Below are positions 42,823 to 51,977 of a stretch of DNA of 64,000 nt, one piece after another (position 1 is the first letter of the stretch; the number at the start of each line of letters is the position of its first letter). The notes under the pieces are model-generated. The model saw only the letters and a program-made list of their open reading frames with translations, searched no databases and had not been told where the DNA came from. A program made the translations under genes and the position numbers. Origin of the DNA: a virus; the IMG/VR virus record IMGVR_UViG_3300045988_129382, positions 32,001 through 96,000 of that record; one strand, 5' to 3'.

Positions 42823-45800
42823 GTGGAAATTAAACCTTTTAAGACAATAAATGGGAATGGGTACTCATTTAAGGAGATATGGAAGATTTACGATGAGCAG
42901 TTCAACATTCTTCGAGACATTATATTATCTTTGGGTGATAAGTATCAGGTTGAAAATTTTAGTGGTAGTGACAGTAAGGTCATTACATTAAATACACCTT
43001 ATAATAGTAATCAAGTGTTCGTGTATTGTAATGGTGTACTTCAGTGGAAAGATAGGGATTATCGAGAAAATTCACCTACAGAGATTGAGTTATTATTTGA
43101 TAGAAAAGCTACTGATGATGTTCGCATTGTTACGATTAAATCCAATGTAATTAAGAATGATTTACATCAATATTTACAAGATATCAGTTCTGTGGTAGCT
43201 AATGCTAAAGAACAGTATGATTCTGCTAGGAATTTAGAATCAAGGCTTGTTGAATTATACTCCTCTTTACAACAAACTCATTCATTATATACAAATAATT
43301 CAACTGCAAGTCTTGTTACTGATTTGACAAGATTAAAAAGTGAGTATGAAAAAGTAAATACAAGTGTTACTGCTTTAGATAAAAAGTTAAAAGACTTAAT
43401 TGGTAGTAGTGAATACATTTTAACAACTTTAAATATTGATGATTTAAAAGAGTTAGTTAATAGTATTAAGTTAAAGATAGATGAGTTGTCTAGTGAAAAG
43501 TCATTAGATATTATTTATCCTATGTTTGGCTCTAATCAAAATGGTCCCGATGCTAGTGTTCATGACGTAGGGGAGTGTACTTTTGTTGGTATTGATAAAA
43601 AGTATTGGTTCATGATTGATACGTTCTCTAAGTCAACAGGTGATGGTGGTTATAGTTCAATTAAACGTGCTATGCAAGAAAATGGGATTACTAAATTTGA
43701 GTTCTTGCTAATCACTCATTGGCACAAAGACCACTACGGCAACGCTATACGCTTTATGAATGAGGGTTTAGTGGGTAAGGTTTATGTGCAAGACGTAACT
43801 AAATATCCAAATGGTATTAGTGGTGCGTATGGCATGCCTTATGCAGTGTTGAAGTCTGTGTATGACGAGCATAAAAATACAGCACAGGCTAGGAGTATTC
43901 CTTTTAGTTCTGCACCTACTGGTGAGATTGATTTTCATGGTGCTAAGTTATTATTCCACAATAATGATTCAACAGCTATTGCTAAGCACAATTCTACTTG
44001 GGTTAATGAAAATTACAATAACACCTCTATTTGTTTATTGGTGTCATATATTGGTAGAAATTTCTTAGCACAAGGTGATGGTGATAAAGAGGTAATGAAA
44101 GAATACTTAGATATTCTTCCATCTAATATTGATTTATTAAAGTCTAATCATCATTCAATAGCAACAATGCCACTATCTTTTAGGAAATTAAGACCTAAAG
44201 ATGCTATCATTACTGCTAATAAGTGGCAGTTGGCACATGATACTGTTGTGTTTAATTATCAGTCATTCTTGTTTGATATGGGTTCAAGTGTATATTTCTT
44301 AGCTAATCAGAAAGAAGATATACACATTTCATATAGTTCATTATATGGTGTTGCATACAATAAAAAATTAGAGGTTGGATATCCAGATAACTGTGCATAT
44401 ACAACACCTGACCCTAATGGTCATATCTTTGTAGATTGTAATTATAATGGTAACAATAGTACAGGTGATAAGGATAAGCCTTTCAAATATTTATCAGATG
44501 CTGTTAGGTTCGCTCATATCAACTATATGAAAGAGATTTGTGTGAATATCGCTCCTGGTGATTACACAGGTGATATTAAACATTATAATTTTGTAAATTA
44601 TAATGCAAATACAGTAACACTTATTAATTTTATTGGTTTACGTGGTAAAGTTAGATTTATTAATAGTGGAACTACATCTGCATATTTGCCACCTATCTAT
44701 GTGGCTATGTGTGATAATGTTACATTTGAGAATATCACATTTAAAGTTGGAAGTATGTATACATCTAATGCTGTTAATAAACTAACTAGCTTTAATAATG
44801 TTAGTGTTACAAATGCAACTGCTTTGTTTAGTAGGTGTACATTTACTGTTGATAATACAGATATCACAAATAAAGAGACATCTAATTCTTCATTTAATAC
44901 AATTCATGTAGATGCTTTTGGTTCAAAAGTTAAGATTGATACATGTACTTTAAGTGGTAAAGTTAGGTATGGTATTAGGTCTGCTGAGGGTTCTGTTGTA
45001 ACTGTTGTAGGTTCAAATAATATTAATAGTAGTGTTGCTACTGTATATTATGCTACAGAGGGTGATATTAATGTTAATGGTACAGCAACTAAGAATACAT
45101 CTAATGAATCAACTGTTGGTGGTAGGGTTAGTTTTCTAGATGTAGCTTCTACACCAACATACCCTAATACTACACGTGGTCAAGTTATTGGTACACGATT
45201 ATCACAAAAATATGGTGGAAAATTAGGTTATGTTTCTGATGGTAATGGTGGGTATTCTTCTATAGACCATTTTAATCGGAGTGGTAATTTAGATAACAAA
45301 CCTGATTTTGAAGGTCAATTCGCTTATGATAAGACAAATAAACGAGTAGGTTTCGCCTTAGGCTCAACTAATAAGTCTGATTGGTTAGAGTTATCTGCTA
45401 ATAATAGTATTGGTGGTGTCAAAGAGTGGAAACAGGGTGGTACTTATAGTTATGGTGATTTTATAAGTAATTCACAGGGAAATCTTTTTTATTATAGAGG
45501 TGGTGACATTTCTTATCGTAGTGGTACATCTGTTGATAGTCAGATTAGTGGCGATTTGAGGGTTGTTGAGTCACAGGGTGGTAGATTTGTAAATATTAAC
45601 CCAAATAATCATGCTCATACATCTTTTGCAATGTTACATAATAAGACTGAAAATTTTGAATTGCCAACTACTAATAGTGAGATGAGTAAATTAGGTATGT
45701 TTATTACATATTACACTAAATATGTTTTTAGTGGTCAACCTACAAGGTATGGTCAGTTAATCAATATACCTCCTGGTATTGACAATACAGAGGAAGCAAT

Positions 45801-46272
45801 GCAGATTTGGATTGAGCAAAACTCTGGTCAGATGTATGTTAGGGGTGGTAATTGGCAAGGCAATGTTGCATCTAGAAATTTCCAACCTGTATATCCTGAT
45901 AATTTTGATACTGTTGATTATTTGTTTAAAGGTGTAACAACATCTAGAGATGATGCTAGAAGTAGAAATTTGAGACTAGCAAGGTCTATGGATAACTATA
46001 AAGTAGTAACTTTTTATTTAACACCTGATAATAGTAATGACTTTTCTGTTTCATGTCCTTTTGAGGTGTCTGACTTTAAGAATATGTTAAATACACTTAA
46101 AAAATCAGGAGTTCCTACAAATTGTTACTTATTGAATAAGCATCAGTTATGGTGGGGATTAAAGCTAAATGAAGGTACACTATCCTCAACTAGCATTGCT
46201 GATATTACGTGGGATGAGAATTGTAAATTAGTTGGTGTTACTGGGTGGCCGAGGAAATTTAATTTAGATTAG
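42823..46272 (+). CDS. Tail fibre/spike protein with MBL-fold and beta-helix-like domains
   Basis: GTG start after AGAGGGG. It has a coiled-coil N-terminal third, then LITHWHKDHYGN (HxHxDH) and later LLKSNHHS as in ComEC-type metallo-beta-lactamase domains, then repeated NVTFENITF / CTFTV / DTCTLSG beta-helix-like rungs. Confidence 0.65.
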   Translation: MEIKPFKTINGNGYSFKEIWKIYDEQFNILRDIILSLGDKYQVENFSGSDSKVITLNTPYNSNQVFVYCNGVLQWKDRDYRENSPTEIELLFDRKATDDVRIVTIKSNVIKNDLHQYLQDISSVVANAKEQYDSARNLESRLVELYSSLQQTHSLYTNNSTASLVTDLTRLKSEYEKVNTSVTALDKKLKDLIGSSEYILTTLNIDDLKELVNSIKLKIDELSSEKSLDIIYPMFGSNQNGPDASVHDVGECTFVGIDKKYWFMIDTFSKSTGDGGYSSIKRAMQENGITKFEFLLITHWHKDHYGNAIRFMNEGLVGKVYVQDVTKYPNGISGAYGMPYAVLKSVYDEHKNTAQARSIPFSSAPTGEIDFHGAKLLFHNNDSTAIAKHNSTWVNENYNNTSICLLVSYIGRNFLAQGDGDKEVMKEYLDILPSNIDLLKSNHHSIATMPLSFRKLRPKDAIITANKWQLAHDTVVFNYQSFLFDMGSSVYFLANQKEDIHISYSSLYGVAYNKKLEVGYPDNCAYTTPDPNGHIFVDCNYNGNNSTGDKDKPFKYLSDAVRFAHINYMKEICVNIAPGDYTGDIKHYNFVNYNANTVTLINFIGLRGKVRFINSGTTSAYLPPIYVAMCDNVTFENITFKVGSMYTSNAVNKLTSFNNVSVTNATALFSRCTFTVDNTDITNKETSNSSFNTIHVDAFGSKVKIDTCTLSGKVRYGIRSAEGSVVTVVGSNNINSSVATVYYATEGDINVNGTATKNTSNESTVGGRVSFLDVASTPTYPNTTRGQVIGTRLSQKYGGKLGYVSDGNGGYSSIDHFNRSGNLDNKPDFEGQFAYDKTNKRVGFALGSTNKSDWLELSANNSIGGVKEWKQGGTYSYGDFISNSQGNLFYYRGGDISYRSGTSVDSQISGDLRVVESQGGRFVNINPNNHAHTSFAMLHNKTENFELPTTNSEMSKLGMFITYYTKYVFSGQPTRYGQLINIPPGIDNTEEAMQIWIEQNSGQMYVRGGNWQGNVASRNFQPVYPDNFDTVDYLFKGVTTSRDDARSRNLRLARSMDNYKVVTFYLTPDNSNDFSVSCPFEVSDFKNMLNTLKKSGVPTNCYLLNKHQLWWGLKLNEGTLSSTSIADITWDENCKLVGVTGWPRKFNLD

Positions 46273-46282
46273 GTAGGTATAG

Positions 46283-48739
46283 ATGTATAAAATTCCGTAT
46301 AAAATGGTTGAGATAGTTACAGAAAGTGGTGAGACTTTAACACTAGAAGATGTGTTAAAGTCTATGCCAACTGTACCTATGGCTTTATACACAGGAAATG
46401 ATGACTTTACTAAAGAGAAGATAGAGGACGTTATTAACTATCTTAAAGCTAATGGTGGTGGTCAGTTTACCATACCTGAAAATCCGCCGATTCATAAGTT
46501 AACTATCGATGTACATAGAAATAAGTTTCAAGATTATGTAGTACATTTTATCTACAATGATTATCGTTACCCTATTGGTACAGAGAAACGACCTTATACA
46601 GATGAGAGTTGGCAAGCTGGGGACATTATCTACAATCTAGATATCTTAAACTCAGATGATAAATGTACTATGTGGTTCTGTAAAGAGAGTGGTTCTGCTA
46701 CATCAAGTGGTAAGTGGTCGCAACAATCTATATGGCAATTATCTTCTAGTGAGATTGATGATTTAGTAGTATCTCACGTGGGCTCTTCTATAGGGCCGCT
46801 TGTACAGAAAGAGGTAGGTTTACAGGGGCCTGCTATGATGTCTAGTGAGGTTACTAAACAACTTGACGCTAAAGTTCCTAGTAAGGTTGAGTCAGAGGTT
46901 ACTAAACAGCTTGCTAGTTCAGTTCCAGCACAGGTTTCTAGTATTGTAGATGACAGTCTTTCTAGAGAGGTATCTAAGAGGGTTGATACAGTAGTTACAC
47001 CTATCATTAATAGTAGGTTAAGTAGTACATTATCTGATACAGCTGTTACTAGGATGATTAATGAGAAGGTAGACCCTAAAGTATTATCTATTACTGAGGA
47101 AGCTAAGAGAGTTGTAAATACAAAGGTTACAGAAGCAACTTCAACTTTATCTAATACAGTTAATAACTATATAGATGAGGCTAAGAGGAAGTTAGGTGCT
47201 ATTACTACTGTTACTGCAAAAGATGTAGATGATAAGATTAAAGAATCCTCTAAGGCAATTAACACTAAGATTGATAATATTGTAGATACTAGGTTAGCTA
47301 ATCTTAGGACTGGTCATAGCGATATTGTCGCTACAGAAGAGTATAAGATGGGTGCTGATGGTGTTGTTGATGATACAGCTAAGTTTGAGCAGTGCGTTAA
47401 TGATGCTAGGGGTAAAATCTTAATTATTAGTCCTGGTGTATATAAGTTGTCTAAGAACATCTTTATTGGTGAGTGCAAGGATGTTATTGTATTAGGTTCT
47501 TTTAATAATAAAGTTCCTTTCATTAAGAATGATGATATGTTTATTACTTCACCTACTAATATTGAATACATTAGGTCTGTAGAGTTAGATACAAATAAGG
47601 TTAATCAGTGTCAGGGTTTTGCATATAATTCTAATAGAAATGAGTTTGTACTTGCTACTATTAATTCAGACAATACAAATCAAGTATTGTATATTTTAGA
47701 TGGTGATGATTTAAACACTCAAAAACGTAGAGTAGATTTTAGTGATGTAGAAAAATTAGGTCATTGTAATACGATGACATATAACAAAGATACTAATACT
47801 TTGTATGTATGTAATGGAGATACTAATTCTAATCCATTTAGGATGGCTAAGTTAGATAATAACTACTCTATTACAGGTGTACATACTGATTCTGCACAGG
47901 TTAAGAAATATAACTTCGCATATGACCCTATCACTAAGTGTTATTGCTCTATCATGCCTGGTGATAGGACTATAGGGGTTAGACATGTATTTATCTTAGA
48001 TAGCAATTTTACTGTTATTAGAGAGTTTGATGTTGATTTCTTAACAAAAGACTATAACAATAATGGTGCTATGTTCTATAATGGTACGATTATGTGTGCT
48101 AGTTTACATGCTATCTTACAATTCGATGTATTTGGTAATGTTAAGACTGTAGTTGATATTGATAAGGCTTATGAGATTGAGGACTTTGATATTAAGAATG
48201 GTGTAGTATATTTTGCTGTGTTAGAAGGGCATAATGTTCATATCTTTAGTGGTATGCACAATAAATTCAATTCTATACACATTAATAATATGAAAGTAAA
48301 TCGTCTATTACTTGCTAATAATTCTCCTTTATTAGGTTTAACTGCTGATGGTAAAGAAATTAGCTTAGCTAAGGTTGGTAAATCTGGTTCGTCTGAAATT
48401 GGTGATAAATCGACTAATACTATTTTAATTGGTAAAGATGTTAAAACTTGGGATGGTGGTGATGCATCATATTCATTATTATCAACTAAACATTATGGGA
48501 ACGCAATTTATTCTAAGAAACAGATTGATGATGCGTTTGTTAAGAAGGCTGAGTTAGTTAAATTGTCTATAGATGTAAAACCTGATTTCGTTGGACAATT
48601 AGCTGTTAGTGGTGGTAAGTCTTATATAGCACTTAATAATACAGGTACAGATGGTTGGAAGCCTTTAGGTGGTGCTAGTCCATTAGATGCTGTTGATAGG
48701 ATTAGGTTTACAAATGGTGCTGAGTTGTGGATTGATTAG
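46283..48739 (+). CDS. Receptor-binding protein candidate 1 (818 aa)
   Basis: The central region is an S/T/V-rich coiled-coil. The C-terminal ~330 aa are co-linear with the gene at 50881 (NQCQGFAYNS...LGHCNTMTYN...). Confidence 0.6.
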   Translation: MYKIPYKMVEIVTESGETLTLEDVLKSMPTVPMALYTGNDDFTKEKIEDVINYLKANGGGQFTIPENPPIHKLTIDVHRNKFQDYVVHFIYNDYRYPIGTEKRPYTDESWQAGDIIYNLDILNSDDKCTMWFCKESGSATSSGKWSQQSIWQLSSSEIDDLVVSHVGSSIGPLVQKEVGLQGPAMMSSEVTKQLDAKVPSKVESEVTKQLASSVPAQVSSIVDDSLSREVSKRVDTVVTPIINSRLSSTLSDTAVTRMINEKVDPKVLSITEEAKRVVNTKVTEATSTLSNTVNNYIDEAKRKLGAITTVTAKDVDDKIKESSKAINTKIDNIVDTRLANLRTGHSDIVATEEYKMGADGVVDDTAKFEQCVNDARGKILIISPGVYKLSKNIFIGECKDVIVLGSFNNKVPFIKNDDMFITSPTNIEYIRSVELDTNKVNQCQGFAYNSNRNEFVLATINSDNTNQVLYILDGDDLNTQKRRVDFSDVEKLGHCNTMTYNKDTNTLYVCNGDTNSNPFRMAKLDNNYSITGVHTDSAQVKKYNFAYDPITKCYCSIMPGDRTIGVRHVFILDSNFTVIREFDVDFLTKDYNNNGAMFYNGTIMCASLHAILQFDVFGNVKTVVDIDKAYEIEDFDIKNGVVYFAVLEGHNVHIFSGMHNKFNSIHINNMKVNRLLLANNSPLLGLTADGKEISLAKVGKSGSSEIGDKSTNTILIGKDVKTWDGGDASYSLLSTKHYGNAIYSKKQIDDAFVKKAELVKLSIDVKPDFVGQLAVSGGKSYIALNNTGTDGWKPLGGASPLDAVDRIRFTNGAELWID

Positions 48740-48817
48740 ATTTTAATCTTAAATTCATAATCATTGTTTGTTATTAAATTATATATAGGTAGTGTTACAA
48801 AGGTAGGGGGTAGTTCC

Positions 48818-49147
48818 ATGAAAAGCAATACTTTTTTTAGAGGTACTACCCCTACTCTTGAAATTAGCATGGGTAGGGGTATTAAGGTTGAGGATATAGA
48901 CAGTTTGATTGTCTATTTTTCACAAGGTATCACCATACTGAAGAAAAAACTTGAGGATGTTAAAATTAATAAGACGACTAATGAGGTGTATGTATCTCTA
49001 AGTGAGTTAGAGACATATATGTTTAGTCCTAGTGTTGTTAATGTACAACTTCGATATAAATTACTAAATGATACAAATATTTATAGTACTCATATATATC
49101 CTTTTAGGGTGTTGAAACAAGTATGTGATGAGGTATTTATCGAATGA
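48818..49147 (+). CDS. Small fibre-module protein (109 aa)
   Basis: Start moved to ATG 48818 (SD TAGGGGG). The pattern FFRGTTPTLEI is reminiscent of small beta-sandwich structural proteins. Confidence 0.5.
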   Translation: MKSNTFFRGTTPTLEISMGRGIKVEDIDSLIVYFSQGITILKKKLEDVKINKTTNEVYVSLSELETYMFSPSVVNVQLRYKLLNDTNIYSTHIYPFRVLKQVCDEVFIE

Positions 49148-49464
49148 ATGAGGGTGTAATTAAATCTAGTGGCACATTCAGTAAAGTTAGTATAAACTCA
49201 AAATATGTTAATATCAATTCACATATGGGGGTAGACACTAATAGTAGTGGTACACTAGAGACTTCTAATAGAGTTAAAGTTACTAAAGATGAAGTTAAAG
49301 ATATGCTAAAGGAAAAACAAGATAAGTTAATTGCTGGAAATGGTATCTTATTAAATGAAGAGACAAATGTGATATCAGTTTCAACAGAAAAGATTGTTGT
49401 TAATGAGGGTGATAATATTTCTGATTTAACAGCGTTGTATTTACTGGCTAAGGGTGAAAATTAA
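49144..49464 (+). CDS. Short fibre-like protein
   Basis: The start overlaps the upstream stop (ATGAATGA). It contains one KEKQDKLIAGNGILL repeat of the type also seen in the next gene. Confidence 0.55.
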   Translation: MNEGVIKSSGTFSKVSINSKYVNINSHMGVDTNSSGTLETSNRVKVTKDEVKDMLKEKQDKLIAGNGILLNEETNVISVSTEKIVVNEGDNISDLTALYLLAKGEN

Positions 49465-50225
49465 TGGCAGATTTAAAGGATAATTTACAGAATCTTGCGA
49501 CTCAGTTGGGTACGGATGTAAAAAATATTAAAGCATCTGTAAAAACTACAGATGATAAAATTGGTACGTTAGGCTCTTTGTCTACGACTAATCAATCTTC
49601 AATCGTTGAAGCTATCAACGAGGTTAAAGCTAATATCGTTACTGCTCAGGGTGGTGCTGTAACAGAGCAAGCTGTTGATACAAAGTTACAAGCTAAACAG
49701 GATAAGTTAACTGCTGAGGGTAAAATTTCAATTAATAAGGATACTGGTACAGGTTTAACTAAGATTACTGTAGACTTGTCAGATTATGTTGAAAACAGTG
49801 CTTTGACAACTAAGTTAGGTGACTACACAACTACAGTAGGTTTAAATACTAAACTAGATACTAAACAAAACAAATTAACAGCTGGTAGTGGTATTACATT
49901 AGATGCAGATGGCACTATTAAAGCTAGTGTTGATTTAAGTACTATGGCAACTAAACAAGAGTTAACAGATAAAATTCAAGAGGCTGTTACTAACCTTGTT
50001 AATGGTGCTGATGCTACTATGGATACATTTAAGGAAGTTCAAGATGCTTTAAATAGTGATAAGACTGTTACAACAGCATTGACTACATCTGTTGCTAACA
50101 AATTAGATTATAGTCAAGCACAGTCTTTATCAACTGTACAAAAACAGCAAGCATGTGCTAATTTAGGTATTGGTGACCCTACAGTGGATTTAGTGAGTGT
50201 GTATACAACCGCAAGAGATAGTTAG
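49464..50225 (+). CDS. Tail fibre protein with K-Q-[DN]-K-L-T-A-G repeats
   Basis: QAKQDKLTAEGKISI and TKQNKLTAGSGITL repeats are present, together with the SIVEAINEVK motif. The N-terminus is paralogous to the gene at 50239. Confidence 0.65.
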   Translation: MADLKDNLQNLATQLGTDVKNIKASVKTTDDKIGTLGSLSTTNQSSIVEAINEVKANIVTAQGGAVTEQAVDTKLQAKQDKLTAEGKISINKDTGTGLTKITVDLSDYVENSALTTKLGDYTTTVGLNTKLDTKQNKLTAGSGITLDADGTIKASVDLSTMATKQELTDKIQEAVTNLVNGADATMDTFKEVQDALNSDKTVTTALTTSVANKLDYSQAQSLSTVQKQQACANLGIGDPTVDLVSVYTTARDS

Positions 50226-50238
50226 TGGGTGATTGCTT

Positions 50239-50880
50239 ATGGCTGATACTAATACACAATTAGTGCAGAATATACAGACATTGGCACAGACTGTTGGTAG
50301 AGATATCAAAGATATTAAGACAAGGGTAAATTCTATTTCTAGTGGTGGTAGTGGTTCTAATGTTGACACTTCTAGACTAGCTACTAAAGAAGAATTAAAG
50401 GTTGTAGAGAATAAAATACCTAAAGCTAGTGGTGTTCCAACTCTTGACTTTACTGTAGAAAATAATGGTGATGTGTATGTTGATATTACATATCCTGAGG
50501 TAAGTAATACACCAACAACAAATACACAGACTGATACTATAGCTTATGGTACTACTAAGATTTATGACGTTGTGTGGGGTGTTGCAGTTCCAGGAGCCGC
50601 TGGTACAGGTAGAGGTTATTTAGAGTATAGTCCTATTAGTGGTTTTGGTAAACTTCACTTAGATATTAAAATGACACAGCCTAGTGGTAATGGTGGTACT
50701 ATTGCTACACTACCAGCTAATGCTCCTGTACCTATGAGATTAATAGAGACAGCGGTTGATGTTAGTAACAATAGTATTTATGTTGAACCTAACTCTAGGA
50801 ATATTAAGGGTTGGGGTGTTCAGGGCAATAATACGAGGTATATTTTTGATATTATAGGCTTTTGGAAGGAGATTAAGTAG
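50239..50880 (+). CDS. Tail fibre protein (alternative distal module)
   Basis: Start moved to ATG 50239. The N-terminal MADTNTQLVQNIQTLAQTVGRDIKDIKTRV parallels MADLKDNLQNLATQLGTDVKNIKASV of the gene at 49464. Confidence 0.6.
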   Translation: MADTNTQLVQNIQTLAQTVGRDIKDIKTRVNSISSGGSGSNVDTSRLATKEELKVVENKIPKASGVPTLDFTVENNGDVYVDITYPEVSNTPTTNTQTDTIAYGTTKIYDVVWGVAVPGAAGTGRGYLEYSPISGFGKLHLDIKMTQPSGNGGTIATLPANAPVPMRLIETAVDVSNNSIYVEPNSRNIKGWGVQGNNTRYIFDIIGFWKEIK

Positions 50881-51963
50881 ATGGCAAGAGTTAAAATAGG
50901 TAGGATAACTTTACCAAACCTATCTCCTTTCATAGTTAGGGATGTTAGGAATATTAAGAAAGTTGCTACACTCAAACTAAATGCACCTATTATTCAGTGT
51001 CAGGGTTTTACTTATAATAGTAAGACTAGGGAGTTTGTGTTAGCATGTATTAGTTCTGACAATAACACACAAGTATTATACAACTTAAATTCTACAGACT
51101 TTTCTAGGACGAAGACTGTTCAGTATACAGATAAGAATAGATTAGGTCATTGCAATACATTAACTTATAATAGTAAGATAGATAAAATTATTGTAACTAA
51201 TGGTGCAGTAAATGTGAATCAGATTACATACTTAAATCCTGATTTAAGTATTGATACAACTAAGACTATATCAGGTAAGGCTTTTAATTTAGCTTATGAT
51301 GATGAAACTGATACGTATGTATCTATTGTTCCTGGTGTTGACAATTCATCACGTAACTTAGAGTATTATGATGCTAGTTTCACTAAAACTAAGTCTGAGA
51401 CAGTGACTGTAAATTCTAAGAATAATGATTCCAATGGTGCTTTATTTTACAAAGGGCAGGTAGTTTTTGCTACTGAGTATTTGGTGAATAAATCATCTGT
51501 TGGAATTCAGTTCCTAGAAACATTAAGTGGTTTAGAGGTAGAGGATTTTGCTGTAAAAGATGAGAACATCTATATGGCAGTTAATACAAACTCTGGTGTA
51601 GACATATACTGTCATTACTCTAACATGTACTTCATAGATAATATAGCTACAAAAGATAACTTATCTTTACCTAATAACATACCTTTGTATGGTACAGATA
51701 CAACTGGTGCATTTAGAAATTTAATTAAATGTTCTAGTGGTAATGGTACTGAGGTTGGTAATCAAAAATCACCGATGGCTTTAGTTGGTACAAGGGTAAC
51801 ATGGTTTGATGATAAAGGTGTATCTAGAACCCTGTTATCTACAAAAGAGTTAGATGGTGTAGGTGAAAATAAAGAGGGTAAGGTTATTTATAGAGCATCT
51901 GAGATAGACAAGATGTTTACTGATGTTTTAAATAAGTTAAAAGAAATTAATTCTAAGTTGTAA
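50881..51963 (+). CDS. Receptor-binding protein candidate 2 (360 aa)
   Basis: It is co-linear over its whole length with the C-terminal third of the gene at 46283 (IQCQGFTYNS...LGHCNTLTYN...NGALFYKG...EDFAVKD...LLSTKE). Confidence 0.6.
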   Translation: MARVKIGRITLPNLSPFIVRDVRNIKKVATLKLNAPIIQCQGFTYNSKTREFVLACISSDNNTQVLYNLNSTDFSRTKTVQYTDKNRLGHCNTLTYNSKIDKIIVTNGAVNVNQITYLNPDLSIDTTKTISGKAFNLAYDDETDTYVSIVPGVDNSSRNLEYYDASFTKTKSETVTVNSKNNDSNGALFYKGQVVFATEYLVNKSSVGIQFLETLSGLEVEDFAVKDENIYMAVNTNSGVDIYCHYSNMYFIDNIATKDNLSLPNNIPLYGTDTTGAFRNLIKCSSGNGTEVGNQKSPMALVGTRVTWFDDKGVSRTLLSTKELDGVGENKEGKVIYRASEIDKMFTDVLNKLKEINSKL

Positions 51964-51977
51964 GAGGGCTGTATAGT

